Shown here one piece after another: positions 9,263 to 18,093 of a stretch of DNA of 64,000 nt (the first letter of the stretch is position 1; the number at the start of each line of letters is the position of its first letter). The position numbers and the translations under genes are program-made. Source of the stretch: Dehalococcoidia bacterium. GTDB taxonomy: Bacteria > Chloroflexota > Dehalococcoidia > Bin125. Below the pieces are notes generated by a model that did not search any database, had not been told where the DNA came from, and saw nothing but the letters and a program-made list of their open reading frames with translations. The stretch is taken from positions 2,624,001 to 2,688,000 of the forward strand of contig OY820591.1 of assembly GCA_963555985.3 (NCBI GenBank), in the 5' to 3' direction.

Positions 9263-10314
9263 CAGTACCCCGCCTCACGGTCGACCACATCCAGCAATGG
9301 CTCGCCGCCCAGGTACCGAGCGAGATTGTCGGTGAAGCGAACGGTCGCCTTGCCGAAGTAGTCCGGCATCAGGCCGCTGTTATGCGGAGTGATCACGAGA
9401 TTGGGCGTCTCCCAGTCGGGATGTCCGTCGGGCAACGGCTCGGGCGAGGTCACATCGGTGTAGCACGCCCGCAACCGCCCGTCCTGGAGCGCCGCAATCT
9501 GCACAGGCCAATCCACCACTTCGCCCCGAGCAATGTTGATCAGCGCCGCGCCCGGCTTCATCGCCGCGATCTCCGCCTCTCCGATCATCTGCCGCGTCGC
9601 CTCGGTCAGCGGTACCGCAAGCACGCTGTAGTCCGCCTCCGCCAACACCTCGTGAAGACGGTCGGGCGGCCAGATCGCCTCCACCGCCGCCGGCGCGTCC
9701 GGCGGCGGCGTCCCTTCCGCCTCCGCTCGACGCCGCACACCGATCACTCGCACCCCCAGCGCACCCACCAGACGCGCAATCTCCGAACCAATCGCCCCAT
9801 AACCGATGATCGCCACAGTCGCACCCTCCAGCGAACGCGGAGTCAGCGGATCCGTCGCATCGACGAAACGCTGCCAGTAGCCCTGCCGCTGATTGTCGAG
9901 ATACCTGGGCATCTGCTTGCAATCCATCAGCATGAACGCCAACACCCACTCCCCGATCACCCGCGCCGCCAGACCGGGCATCTTGGTCACTCGCACATGC
10001 GGATCAGGCGGTTGACGCAGAATCTGATCCGCCCCCGCCGAGGCCAGCGCGATCCACTCCAGCGCCGGCGCCCCGCAAGCGAGATTGCCGCTGAAAAACG
10101 TGAGCCACACCCGATCGCGGTTGCGAATCTCCTCACCTTCGGCAATCGCCGCATCCACATCGACCTCGGGATGATTCGGTTCCCGCATCCAGCGCACCAG
10201 ATTGAGCGAGGCTGAGTGAAGTCGGATGCGCGGATCCACCGCCCGGATGCGCTCCAAGGCCGCGTCCCCCACCGGCAGAAACGAGCAGATATGAAGCTCA
10301 TCGGCTGTGCTCAT
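9262..10314 (-). CDS. D-2-hydroxyacid dehydrogenase family protein
   Basis: IIGYGAIG Rossmann motif, INIARGEVVD, DVTSPEPLP, ITPHNS. Confidence 0.92.
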   Translation of the reverse strand: MSTADELHICSFLPVGDAALERIRAVDPRIRLHSASLNLVRWMREPNHPEVDVDAAIAEGEEIRNRDRVWLTFFSGNLACGAPALEWIALASAGADQILRQPPDPHVRVTKMPGLAARVIGEWVLAFMLMDCKQMPRYLDNQRQGYWQRFVDATDPLTPRSLEGATVAIIGYGAIGSEIARLVGALGVRVIGVRRRAEAEGTPPPDAPAAVEAIWPPDRLHEVLAEADYSVLAVPLTEATRQMIGEAEIAAMKPGAALINIARGEVVDWPVQIAALQDGRLRACYTDVTSPEPLPDGHPDWETPNLVITPHNSGLMPDYFGKATVRFTDNLARYLGGEPLLDVVDREAGY

Positions 10315-10376
10315 GGCGATCTCCCCTCAGACGTAGGATACGCCCCGCCAGCAGGAGGCAGGCGTATACTCACCAC

Positions 10377-10889
10377 GTGCCCAATCCAGACGAATTCAGC
10401 CTGATCTGCGCAGACGCCGAAGCCACCCGTCGCCTCGGTGAGGCCGTCGGACGCGCCGCTTCCGCCGGTACCGTCGCCCTGCTCTCCGGAGAGCTGGGAG
10501 CCGGCAAGACTGTCTTCGCCCAAGGCGTCGGACGCGGACTCGGCGCGCCCACCACCGTCAACTCCCCCACCTTCGTCCTGATCAACGAGCACCTCGGCGG
10601 ACGCCTCCCACTCCGTCACGCCGACCTCTACCGCCTCGACGACCTCGACCTGATCGCCGAACTCGGCCTCGATCAGGCCGCCGAAGACGGCGTCCTCCTG
10701 GTCGAATGGCCCGAACGCGCTGGCGAAGCCCTCCCCCCGGACCATCTCCTCGTCCAAATCGCACCTCTCCAGCCCGAAATCCCCGAAGACCAGCTCGAAG
10801 CAGCGCCGCGCAAACTCCAACTCTCCGCTTCCGGCGAAATCGCCGCCGCCGTCCTCGACACCGTTCGCAACATCGGCAGCGACGACTAA
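10377..10889 (+). CDS. tsaE: tRNA t6A biosynthesis ATPase TsaE
   Basis: LSGELGAGKT, VNSPTF, HADLYRL, VEWPE. Confidence 0.95.
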   Translation: MPNPDEFSLICADAEATRRLGEAVGRAASAGTVALLSGELGAGKTVFAQGVGRGLGAPTTVNSPTFVLINEHLGGRLPLRHADLYRLDDLDLIAELGLDQAAEDGVLLVEWPERAGEALPPDHLLVQIAPLQPEIPEDQLEAAPRKLQLSASGEIAAAVLDTVRNIGSDD

Positions 10890-11596
10890 TGGAACTCTCC
10901 ATCGACACCGTTGGCGAACGCTCCAGCGTCGCCGTCAGCGAGCAGGGCGAACTGCTCACCGAACTCACCTGGATCTCAGGCCGCAGACACACCCCAAGCC
11001 TCACTCCCATGATCGATCTGGTCTGCCGACAGACCGGCAGCGCCGAGTCGGTCAAAGCGGAGCTCCAAGCCGTCTTCGTCGATCTCGGGCCCGGCGCATA
11101 CGGTGGAATCCGCGCCGGCATGGCCGCAGCCGAAGGTCTCGCAGTCGCCCTCAGCTTGCCCTGCGTCGGTATCGGCCGGCTCGAAATCGAGGCCTACCAG
11201 CACGCCGCCGCAGGACTCGCCACCGCCGTCCATCGCGCCGCTCGAGGTACCTGGGCTTGGCAGACCTTCTGGGGGCCAATCGACCGCTGGCGGCCCCTCG
11301 ACAGCCCCAAGACCGGCTCAGCTTTCGAGTTCTCCCGCGCCCTCGCCGACGCCGCCCGCATCGCCGCCCGCCCCGGCGTCATCTGCGGCGAACCCCACCT
11401 CATCGACGACGAAACCCGGGACGCCCTCGCCCAAACCGGCTGGTCCCCCGCCCCCCCAGCCCTAAACCTGCGCCGAGCCAGCCACTTAGCCGAACTCGCC
11501 TGGAAGCGCCTCAACGAAGGCGGCGGCCAACCCCCAGCCGCCCTCGAACCCCTCTACCTCCGAGAACCCGCCATCGGCCCCCAACCTCCCCGCTAA
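10889..11596 (+). CDS. tsaB: tRNA t6A biosynthesis protein TsaB
   Basis: MELSIDT, GPGAYGGIR, LEPLYLR; start overlaps the tsaE stop. Confidence 0.9.
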   Translation: MELSIDTVGERSSVAVSEQGELLTELTWISGRRHTPSLTPMIDLVCRQTGSAESVKAELQAVFVDLGPGAYGGIRAGMAAAEGLAVALSLPCVGIGRLEIEAYQHAAAGLATAVHRAARGTWAWQTFWGPIDRWRPLDSPKTGSAFEFSRALADAARIAARPGVICGEPHLIDDETRDALAQTGWSPAPPALNLRRASHLAELAWKRLNEGGGQPPAALEPLYLREPAIGPQPPR

Positions 11597-11629
11597 CTAC
11601 AAAACTCACCCACCCGCCCCACTCTCCCT

Positions 11630-12015
11630 CCCCAAAAATCTCCCCCTTGAGAGCCTGTCCCCGCGCCGGCGGGGAGGGAGATGCCCCGAAGTGACAGAGG
11701 GGGTGAAACACCACACCCAGCACAAACGCCCGCAACACCGCTACACCCGCCAAACTCCGTCATACCCACCCCCAACCAACTCCGTCATACCCGCGCTCCG
11801 TCGCGGGTATCTCGATGTGAGCACTATCAACCCCCAACCCCACCTCCCCAAAATCTCCCCCAAGAAACCTCTCCCCCTTGAGAGCCTGTCCCCGCGCAGG
11901 CGGGGAGGGAGATGCCCCGTAGGGGCAGAGGGGGTGAAACGCCACACCCAGCACAAACGCCCCGCACCCCAACCCTACTTCCGTCATACCCGCGCTCCGT
12001 CGCGGGTATCTCGCC
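11630..12015. repeat. Approximately duplicated intergenic unit built from two palindrome families
   Basis: CTCCCCCTTGAGAGCCTGTCCCCGCGC…GGGAGATGCCCCG…AGAGGGGGTGAAAC at ~11640 and ~11873; CGTCATACCCGCGCTCCGTCGCGGGTATCTCG at 11783 and 11982. Confidence 0.85.
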
Positions 12016-12128
12016 GTGACCAGCACCCAACCCTCAGTCAACTCCGACACACCCAACCAACTTGCAACCCGAACATCCATCCAGATAAGCTCAAGAGTCC
12101 TGCATTCCCCAAGAAAGGAACACCCGCC

Positions 12129-12485
12129 ATGCCCTTCACCCACACCTACCAATCCAGCATGACCGGCGTCGGCCAACTCGCCCACTCCGACGAAGCCGGC
12201 CACGTCCGCATCAAAGCGCTCGCCCTCCTCATCCGCGAACTCTCCCCCTCCAACGCCAAGACCCGTGAGATCCACCACGCGCTCGACCTCGAACCCCACC
12301 CCGAACCCGCGACCAAACCCCGAGCCAACCACTCCCCCCGCCTGCCCGAAGCACCCCTTACGCCCGAGCAGAAGAAGGAACTCCACCTCCATCCCCACGC
12401 CATCGCTGTCGCCCTCATGCGCGGCGAAGACGTCCCCCTGCCGGACGACGACGACAGCCTCGAAGAAGAGGAAGAGCCGCAGTAA
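12129..12485 (+). CDS. Hypothetical protein with acidic tail
   Basis: AAAGGA RBS before ATG (MPFTHTYQ…); codon usage is host-like. The upstream extension to 11691 is repeat-derived. Confidence 0.55.
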   Translation: MPFTHTYQSSMTGVGQLAHSDEAGHVRIKALALLIRELSPSNAKTREIHHALDLEPHPEPATKPRANHSPRLPEAPLTPEQKKELHLHPHAIAVALMRGEDVPLPDDDDSLEEEEEPQ

Positions 12486-12655
12486 TCCCCCGACCGCAAG
12501 CGGCGACCCCACCTCGTTTTTTTCTCACAGCCCCCACGAGGCCGCAAACCGCGACCACCCAGTCCCTACCGTGCCCAGACCAACCTCCGCAAAAGCCAAT
12601 CCGCAACCCGCCGCTACGCTGACCGCGCAACCCCCCACCCCAAAGGAGTCCCTAC

Positions 12656-13111
12656 ATGGCGAGCGAACGAACCCTAGTCCTGGTCAAACCCGACGGCGTC
12701 CAGCGCGGCCTGATCGGGCAAGTCCTCGCCCGCCTCGAACAGCGCGGACTCAAAATCATTGGCCTCAAGCTCCTCCAAATGGACGAAGCCCTCGCCAATC
12801 AGCACTACGCCGAGCACGTCGGCAAGCCCTTCTTCCCCGGCCTCCGAGACTTCATCACCAGCGGCCCCCTGGTCGCCGCCGTCTTCGAGGGCGACAACGC
12901 CGTCCAACTCGTCCGCAACGCCATGGGCGCCACCCACCCCCTCGAAGCCACCCCCGGCTCAATCCGAGGCGACTTCGGAGTAGACCTGGGCCGCAACGTC
13001 ATCCACGGCTCCGACTCCCCCGAATCCGGCCGTAGAGAATCCGCTCTCTTCTTCAACCAGTCCGAACTAGTCAACTGGACCCGCAACACCGAACTCTGGA
13101 TCTACGAATGA
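12656..13111 (+). CDS. ndk: Nucleoside diphosphate kinase
   Basis: [33 protein letters not shown]. Confidence 0.98.
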   Translation: MASERTLVLVKPDGVQRGLIGQVLARLEQRGLKIIGLKLLQMDEALANQHYAEHVGKPFFPGLRDFITSGPLVAAVFEGDNAVQLVRNAMGATHPLEATPGSIRGDFGVDLGRNVIHGSDSPESGRRESALFFNQSELVNWTRNTELWIYE

Positions 13112-13136
13112 GCTCTCCCCCGCGTAAATCAAAGAT

Positions 13137-13315
13137 CGTCATACCCGCGCCCCGCCGCGGGTATCTCGCCGTTACCTGCACCGTCGTCGCGAATATGACG
13201 AGATTGCCGCGGCGGAACGCGGCAATGACGGAGCTGATCGACTGATGCACAAGTCTCCTTGAGGGGGAGATGCAGAAAGCCTGCCCCTGGCTTGAACCGG
13301 GGGCAGAGCGGGTGA
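13137..13315. repeat. Inverted CGTC-type REP pair plus second-family palindrome between convergent genes
   Basis: CGTCATACCCGCGCCCCGCCGCGGGTATCTCG … CGAGATTGCCGCGGCGGAACGCGGCAATGACG, then TCTCCTTGAGGGGGAGATG…GCAGAGCGGGTGA. Confidence 0.8.
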
Positions 13316-13330
13316 GAACTCTGTAGCCCG

Positions 13331-13741
13331 CTACTCCACCCGCAGCAACGTCGCCGCCCGCGACCACAACCCGTCCAAGTCGTAGTACTCCCGCATCTCC
13401 CGATCAAAGATATGCACCACCACCGAGCCAAAGTCGCACAACAGCCAGCCCCCGTCAGCCGTACCCTCACGGCGCGGAAAGGACGTCTCCGGCACATGCC
13501 GCAGCGCATCCTCCAGCGCCCCGAACTGCCGCCGCGAACTCGCCGTCGCAATCACGAAAAAATCCGCCAGGTCCGTCACCGGCTCCACATCCAGCAGCAC
13601 GATCGCTTCCGCCTGCCGCTCGTCAAGTTGGTCGACAATCGCCCGCGCAAGACGTTCCGCCTCGGCTTTGGCTTGAAGATGGCGCGCGTCCGTCTCTACA
13701 GACGGGGTAGTGGTAGTGGCGTCGGTGGCAGCGCTGGTCAC
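13331..13741 (-). CDS. rsfS: Ribosome silencing factor RsfS
   Basis: ADFFVIATASS, EG…GWLLCDFGSVVVHIF…REYYDLDGLW. Confidence 0.95.
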   Translation of the reverse strand: MTSAATDATTTTPSVETDARHLQAKAEAERLARAIVDQLDERQAEAIVLLDVEPVTDLADFFVIATASSRRQFGALEDALRHVPETSFPRREGTADGGWLLCDFGSVVVHIFDREMREYYDLDGLWSRAATLLRVE

Positions 13742-13780
13742 GCGCCCAGTCTAGCCTGAGAGAGAGCAGAGGAGTCCGGG

Positions 13781-14878
13781 ATGCCTGAGCAGGGTCAGCG
13801 CGAGCGTGTAGTCGTCGGCATGAGCGGCGGCGTCGACTCCTCCGTCGCCGCCGCCCTCCTCGTCGAACAGGGCTACGAGGTCATCGGCATCACCATGCGC
13901 CTCTGGACCGAAGCCCGCCCCGACGACTACACCGGCCGCTCCCAGTGCTGCGCCATCGAAGACATCGGCGACGCCCGCCGAGTAGCGCAGCGGCTGGGAA
14001 TTCCCCACTACACGATCAACCTCGAGCGACCCTTCCGCCAGTTCGTCGTCGACCAATTCGTCTCCGAATACGCCCAGGGCCGAACTCCCAACCCCTGCCT
14101 CAACTGCAACACCTACATCAAGTTCGACCGCTTCCTCGATCAAGCCCGAGCCATGCAAGCCGACTGGATCGCCACCGGCCACTACGCCCGCATCAACCGC
14201 AACAACGACAACCCTCAACTCCTGCGCGGAGTCGATCCCGGCAAAGACCAGACCTACTTCCTCTATACCCTCAGCTCTCAGGCCCTCGCCATGACCCTCT
14301 TCCCCGTCGGCGGCCTGCGCAAGAGCGAGGTCCGAGCCGTCGCCGCCCGCCACAACCTCGCAGTCGCCGAGAAAAGCGAGAGCGCCGACATCTGCTTCGT
14401 CCCCGGCGGCGACTACCGAGCCGTCGTCAGCGCCCGCGTCCCCGACCGCCCCGGCCTCACTCTCGACACCGAAGGCGCGGTCATCGGCGAGCATCGAGGC
14501 ATCCAGCACTACACCATCGGCCAACGCCGGGGACTCGGAGCCGGCGGAGGCGGCGAGCGCCGTTACGTCACCGCCATCGACCCCAGCGCCAACACCATCA
14601 CCGTCGGCGACGCCGACGATCTGCTCACACACCGCGTGCATCTCTCCAACTGCCACTGGCTGATCGACCCGCCCGCAGCCGGCGACGAGCTCGACCTGGA
14701 CGCTCAGTTGCGCTACCGCTCGACCGCGCTACCGGCCCAGTTGCGAGCACTCCCCGACGGCGCCGCAGAGCTCATCCTGAACCAACCGGCGCGAGCAGTC
14801 GCAGCCGGACAAGCGGCGGTCTTCTATCAAGGCGAGCGCGTGCTGGGCGGCGGCGCCGTCGAGTCCGCAAGCGCATAA
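13781..14878 (+). CDS. mnmA: tRNA 2-thiouridine(34) synthase MnmA
   Basis: [44 protein letters not shown]. Confidence 0.98.
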   Translation: MPEQGQRERVVVGMSGGVDSSVAAALLVEQGYEVIGITMRLWTEARPDDYTGRSQCCAIEDIGDARRVAQRLGIPHYTINLERPFRQFVVDQFVSEYAQGRTPNPCLNCNTYIKFDRFLDQARAMQADWIATGHYARINRNNDNPQLLRGVDPGKDQTYFLYTLSSQALAMTLFPVGGLRKSEVRAVAARHNLAVAEKSESADICFVPGGDYRAVVSARVPDRPGLTLDTEGAVIGEHRGIQHYTIGQRRGLGAGGGGERRYVTAIDPSANTITVGDADDLLTHRVHLSNCHWLIDPPAAGDELDLDAQLRYRSTALPAQLRALPDGAAELILNQPARAVAAGQAAVFYQGERVLGGGAVESASA

Positions 14879-14938
14879 TCACGCCGTTGCCCACCCGCTC
14901 GTGCGCTAGGCTCGCACCAGAACGAAGGGGAGTCGCCG

Positions 14939-15262
14939 ATGCCGCTGGGCGTAATCACCGACATCCGCGACATCGTCATCATCATCGCCGGCCTCCTCAG
15001 CGTGATCGCGCTAATCGTCATGATCCTCATGACCCTCATCACCGGCTTCCTCGCCATCCGCCTCCTCCGCGCCGCCCGCCGAACCATCAGCGAAGGCGTC
15101 CCCCCGCTCCTCGAAAACGCTCAAGAGACGGTCAAGAGCGTCAAAGGTACCGTCGACTTCCTCGGAGAAGCCGCCGCCGAGCCGGTGATCCGCGCCTACG
15201 CCACCGCCGCCCGCATTCAGCGCATGTTCGACATCCTCAGCGGACGCAGAGGTCGGGAGTAG
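14939..15262 (+). CDS. Membrane protein, DUF948/YtxG-like
   Basis: Long N-terminal TM followed by coiled coil; GGGGAG RBS. Confidence 0.65.
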   Translation: MPLGVITDIRDIVIIIAGLLSVIALIVMILMTLITGFLAIRLLRAARRTISEGVPPLLENAQETVKSVKGTVDFLGEAAAEPVIRAYATAARIQRMFDILSGRRGRE

Positions 15263-15266
15263 TCCC

Positions 15267-15461
15267 ATGGGTTTCGCGCGAGGCTTCCGCTGGGGCCTCA
15301 TCCTCGGAGTGATCGGAGCGCTGGTCGGCCGAACCCTCAGCGGAGAAGACAACGCCGACCAATGGCAACAGGCCCAAGTCGCCGGAAACCTCGCCGCCGC
15401 CCAAGCCGAAGCCGAACAGCGAGAACGCTTCAACCAAGCCCGCAGCGGAAACAAGCCGTGA
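15267..15461 (+). CDS. Small YtxH-like protein
   Basis: MGFARGFRWGLILGVIGAL…; follows the YtxG-like gene. Confidence 0.6.
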   Translation: MGFARGFRWGLILGVIGALVGRTLSGEDNADQWQQAQVAGNLAAAQAEAEQRERFNQARSGNKP

Positions 15462-16909
15462 CCCCCAACCACCCCTCTCCCCCCGCACCACAGGAAGAGA
15501 CGCCCCGTAGCAATCTCCCCTCTCCCTCCGCATCGCAGGAAGAGACGCCCCGCAGCAACCTCCCCTCTCCCCCCGCATCGCGGGGGGAGATGTCCCGTAG
15601 GGACAGAGGGGGGTCCCCCCACCGCCCCAACCAAATCCGCGACCACGACCGCCCCATCCACGACTGGTACCGCTTCGTCCTCTCCTTCCCGCCCCACCTG
15701 GTACGCGAATACCTCGAACGATTTGACGTTGGCCCCAACGACGTCGTGCTCGATCCGTTCTGCGGTACCGGCACCACGTTGGTCGAAGCCAAGAAGCAAG
15801 GCATCGCCTCAGTCGGAATCGAAGCCGTGCCCATGTCCGCCTTCGCCGCATCAACCAAGCTGAACTGGACAATCCACCCCGATCAGCTAGAGCGCGACGC
15901 CGATCTCACCGCCAACCGCGCGAACCGCCAGCTCGCCGACCCGGACGCCCCACTGCGCCGCCTGCCGCCAAGCCAAGAGAAGCTCTTGCCGAGTAGATCG
16001 ATCAGCCCCCGCCCGCTCCACCAGTCGCTGATCCTGCGCGACGAGATCGACCGGCTCGATACCCCAAGCCCAGCCCACCTACGCCTCGCGCTGGCGCGAG
16101 AACTGCCCTCCGCAATCGGCAATCTCCGCTTCGGCCCCGAAATCGGCCTCGGCCGGATCAAAGAAGATGCTCCGGTGCTCGAGCTCTGGCGCTCGCAAGT
16201 CCAACGCATGGCCGACGATCTCCGCCGCTGGTCGCCCCATGCCTCAGTCCCCGCCCAAGTCATCAGCGGAGACGCCCGCACCCCTGCCGCACTCTTGCCC
16301 GCCAACAGCGTCGATGCGGTCATCACCTCACCGCCCTACCCCAACGAGAAGGACTACACCCGCACCGTGCGCCTCGAATCCGTCCTGCTCGGCTTCCTTA
16401 CCGATCGCGAATCGCTCAGAGCAGTCAAGCGCGGCCTCGTGCGCTCAAACACCCGCAGCGTCTACAAGCATGACGACGACGACGCTTGGCTAGCCCAGTT
16501 CCCAGCCGTCACCGCGCTCGCCGACGAAATCGAAGCCAAGCGCCTCGAACTGGGCAAAACCTCCGGCTTCGAGAAGCTGTACCACCGCGTCACCCGCCTC
16601 TACTTCGGAGGCATGGCCCGCCATCTCGAATCCCTCCGCCCCGCCCTCAAACCCGGCGCCCAACTCGCCTACGTCGTCGGCGACCAAGCCTCCTACTTCC
16701 GCATCATGATCCGCACCGGCGAGTTGCTAGCGGAGATAGCCCAGCGTCTGGGCTACGAAGTCACCGCAATCGATCTCTTCCGCACCCGCGCCGCCACCGC
16801 AACCGGCGCGCAGATCAACGAGGAAGTGCTCCTGCTAAGGTGGCCGGGGCCATGCTCGCATCGAACAATGATGATCAGGCAGGTTCACCCGCAGGGAACT
16901 CCGCCATGA
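15458..16909 (+). CDS. Orphan amino-DNA methyltransferase (likely N4-cytosine, alpha class)
   Basis: Motif I DPFCGTGTT precedes motif IV ITSPPY. Start uncertain (GTG 15458 overlapping the upstream stop, or ATG 15590). Confidence 0.85.
   Translation: MTPNHPSPPAPQEETPRSNLPSPSASQEETPRSNLPSPPASRGEMSRRDRGGSPHRPNQIRDHDRPIHDWYRFVLSFPPHLVREYLERFDVGPNDVVLDPFCGTGTTLVEAKKQGIASVGIEAVPMSAFAASTKLNWTIHPDQLERDADLTANRANRQLADPDAPLRRLPPSQEKLLPSRSISPRPLHQSLILRDEIDRLDTPSPAHLRLALARELPSAIGNLRFGPEIGLGRIKEDAPVLELWRSQVQRMADDLRRWSPHASVPAQVISGDARTPAALLPANSVDAVITSPPYPNEKDYTRTVRLESVLLGFLTDRESLRAVKRGLVRSNTRSVYKHDDDDAWLAQFPAVTALADEIEAKRLELGKTSGFEKLYHRVTRLYFGGMARHLESLRPALKPGAQLAYVVGDQASYFRIMIRTGELLAEIAQRLGYEVTAIDLFRTRAATATGAQINEEVLLLRWPGPCSHRTMMIRQVHPQGTPP
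15473..15614 (+). repeat. 45-bp tandem repeat merging into a REP-like palindrome at the MTase 5' end
   Basis: ccctctccc…caggaagagacgccccg(t/c)agcaa(t/c)ctc twice, then CTCCCCCCGCATCGCGGGGGGAGATGTCCCGTAGGGACAGAGGGGGG. Confidence 0.85.
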
Positions 16910-17811
16910 TCCCCGCCAACGAGACCTTCGACGGAACCTTCCCCTTCGAACCCCACTTCACCGACGCCCCAGGCTTCCGTATGCACTACGTCGACGAGGG
17001 CGAAGGCGAGCCGCTCATCCTGCTCCACGGCGAGCCGACCTGGGGCTATCTCTATCGCAACTTCATTCCCGGCCTGTCGGAGAGGAATCGCGTGATCGTG
17101 CCCGACCACATGGGCTTCGGCAAGAGCGAGACGCCGCAGGATCGCGAGTACACGCTCAGGACCCACGTCGGCAATCTGGCCGCATTGATCGACGAACTCG
17201 ATCTGCACGACATCACCTTCGTCATGCAAGACTGGGGCGGACCGATGGGCTCACAGTACGCCGTGCGCAACCTCAACCGGGTCAAGCGCATGTGCGTCCT
17301 GAACACGGTCATTCCAGGCTCGCGCCGCGAGCCTCCGAACGCCCCGCTCACACCCTGGTTCCAGTGGATCGGCAAGCATCATGAAGCCGGCACGTTGCAC
17401 GAAACCCTCGGTCACCTCGGAAGCAACGTCCTCAGCGTGATGAAAATCATCGGGTTCGAGAACTCAGATGCCATCGACGACGCCTGGATTCGCGCCTACT
17501 CCGCGCCCTTCCCTGACAAAGAGTCTTGCATCGGCGCGATCGAATTCCCGCTCGACGCCTACCTGGGCCGCATCCGGGATTACATCTTCGAGGAAATCGC
17601 CAACGTGCAAGAACTGGCCTCAATGCCCGCCATGATGGTCGAGGGCATGCAAGACCACGCGATCAACCCCCAGGTCGCCATCGGAGGCTTCCAGGCGCTC
17701 TATCCGGATGCGCCAATCACGATCCTGCCAAACGCCGGACACTTCTGCCAGGAAGACGCGCCCGAGATCATCGTGCCGCTAATTCAGCAATTCCTACAAA
17801 TGACGCGGTAA
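16906..17811 (+). CDS. Haloalkane dehalogenase-like alpha/beta hydrolase
   Basis: MHYVDEG, LLHGEPTWGYLYR, QDWGG (Asp nucleophile), AGHFCQED; ATGA overlap with the MTase. Confidence 0.88.
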   Translation: MIPANETFDGTFPFEPHFTDAPGFRMHYVDEGEGEPLILLHGEPTWGYLYRNFIPGLSERNRVIVPDHMGFGKSETPQDREYTLRTHVGNLAALIDELDLHDITFVMQDWGGPMGSQYAVRNLNRVKRMCVLNTVIPGSRREPPNAPLTPWFQWIGKHHEAGTLHETLGHLGSNVLSVMKIIGFENSDAIDDAWIRAYSAPFPDKESCIGAIEFPLDAYLGRIRDYIFEEIANVQELASMPAMMVEGMQDHAINPQVAIGGFQALYPDAPITILPNAGHFCQEDAPEIIVPLIQQFLQMTR

Positions 17812-17814
17812 CAG

Positions 17815-17904
17815 TGGCGGAGAGGGTGGGATTCGAACCCACGAGGGCCTTGCAGCCCTACACGCTTTCCAGGCGTGCCTGATCGTCCACTCCAGCACCT
17901 CTCC
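17815..17904 (-). tRNA. tRNA-Ser(GGA)
   Basis: GGAGAGGTG…CACGCCT-GGA-AAGCGTG, long variable arm, GGTTCGAATCC, ends CCA. Confidence 0.95.
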
Positions 17905-17918
17905 GAGATTCCGCCAAC

Positions 17919-18010
17919 TGGCGGAGAGGGTGGGATTCGAACCCACGAGGCACGTCGCCGCACCTACCGATTTTCGAGATCGGCTCCTTCGGCCACTCGG
18001 ACACCTCTCC
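17919..18010 (-). tRNA. tRNA-Ser(CGA)
   Basis: GGAGAGGTGTCCGAGTGG…CCGATCT-CGA-AAATCGG, long variable arm, T-loop, CCA; TATACT just upstream. Confidence 0.95.
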
Positions 18011-18093
18011 ATCTGCGAGTATACGCAGCCTCTGAACCCGCGGCCGCGTAGCCTGTGAACAACGACACGCAGCCGATTCGCAGGGAGATCGCG

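Noticed and set aside
15473-15614. 45-bp repeats (and the 8079 33-bp repeats) as a CRISPR array
   Set aside because: Head-to-tail tandem units with no unique spacers and no cas genes.
15458-17815. Genomic island integrated at the tRNA-Ser 3' end
   Set aside because: No duplicated tRNA 3' fragment or integrase was found on the far side.
17815-18010. Long-variable-arm tRNAs as possible tRNA-Sec supporting the selenoprotein idea
   Set aside because: Anticodons read GGA and CGA (Ser), not TCA, and the acceptor stems are standard 7 bp. No Sec machinery is visible in this window.
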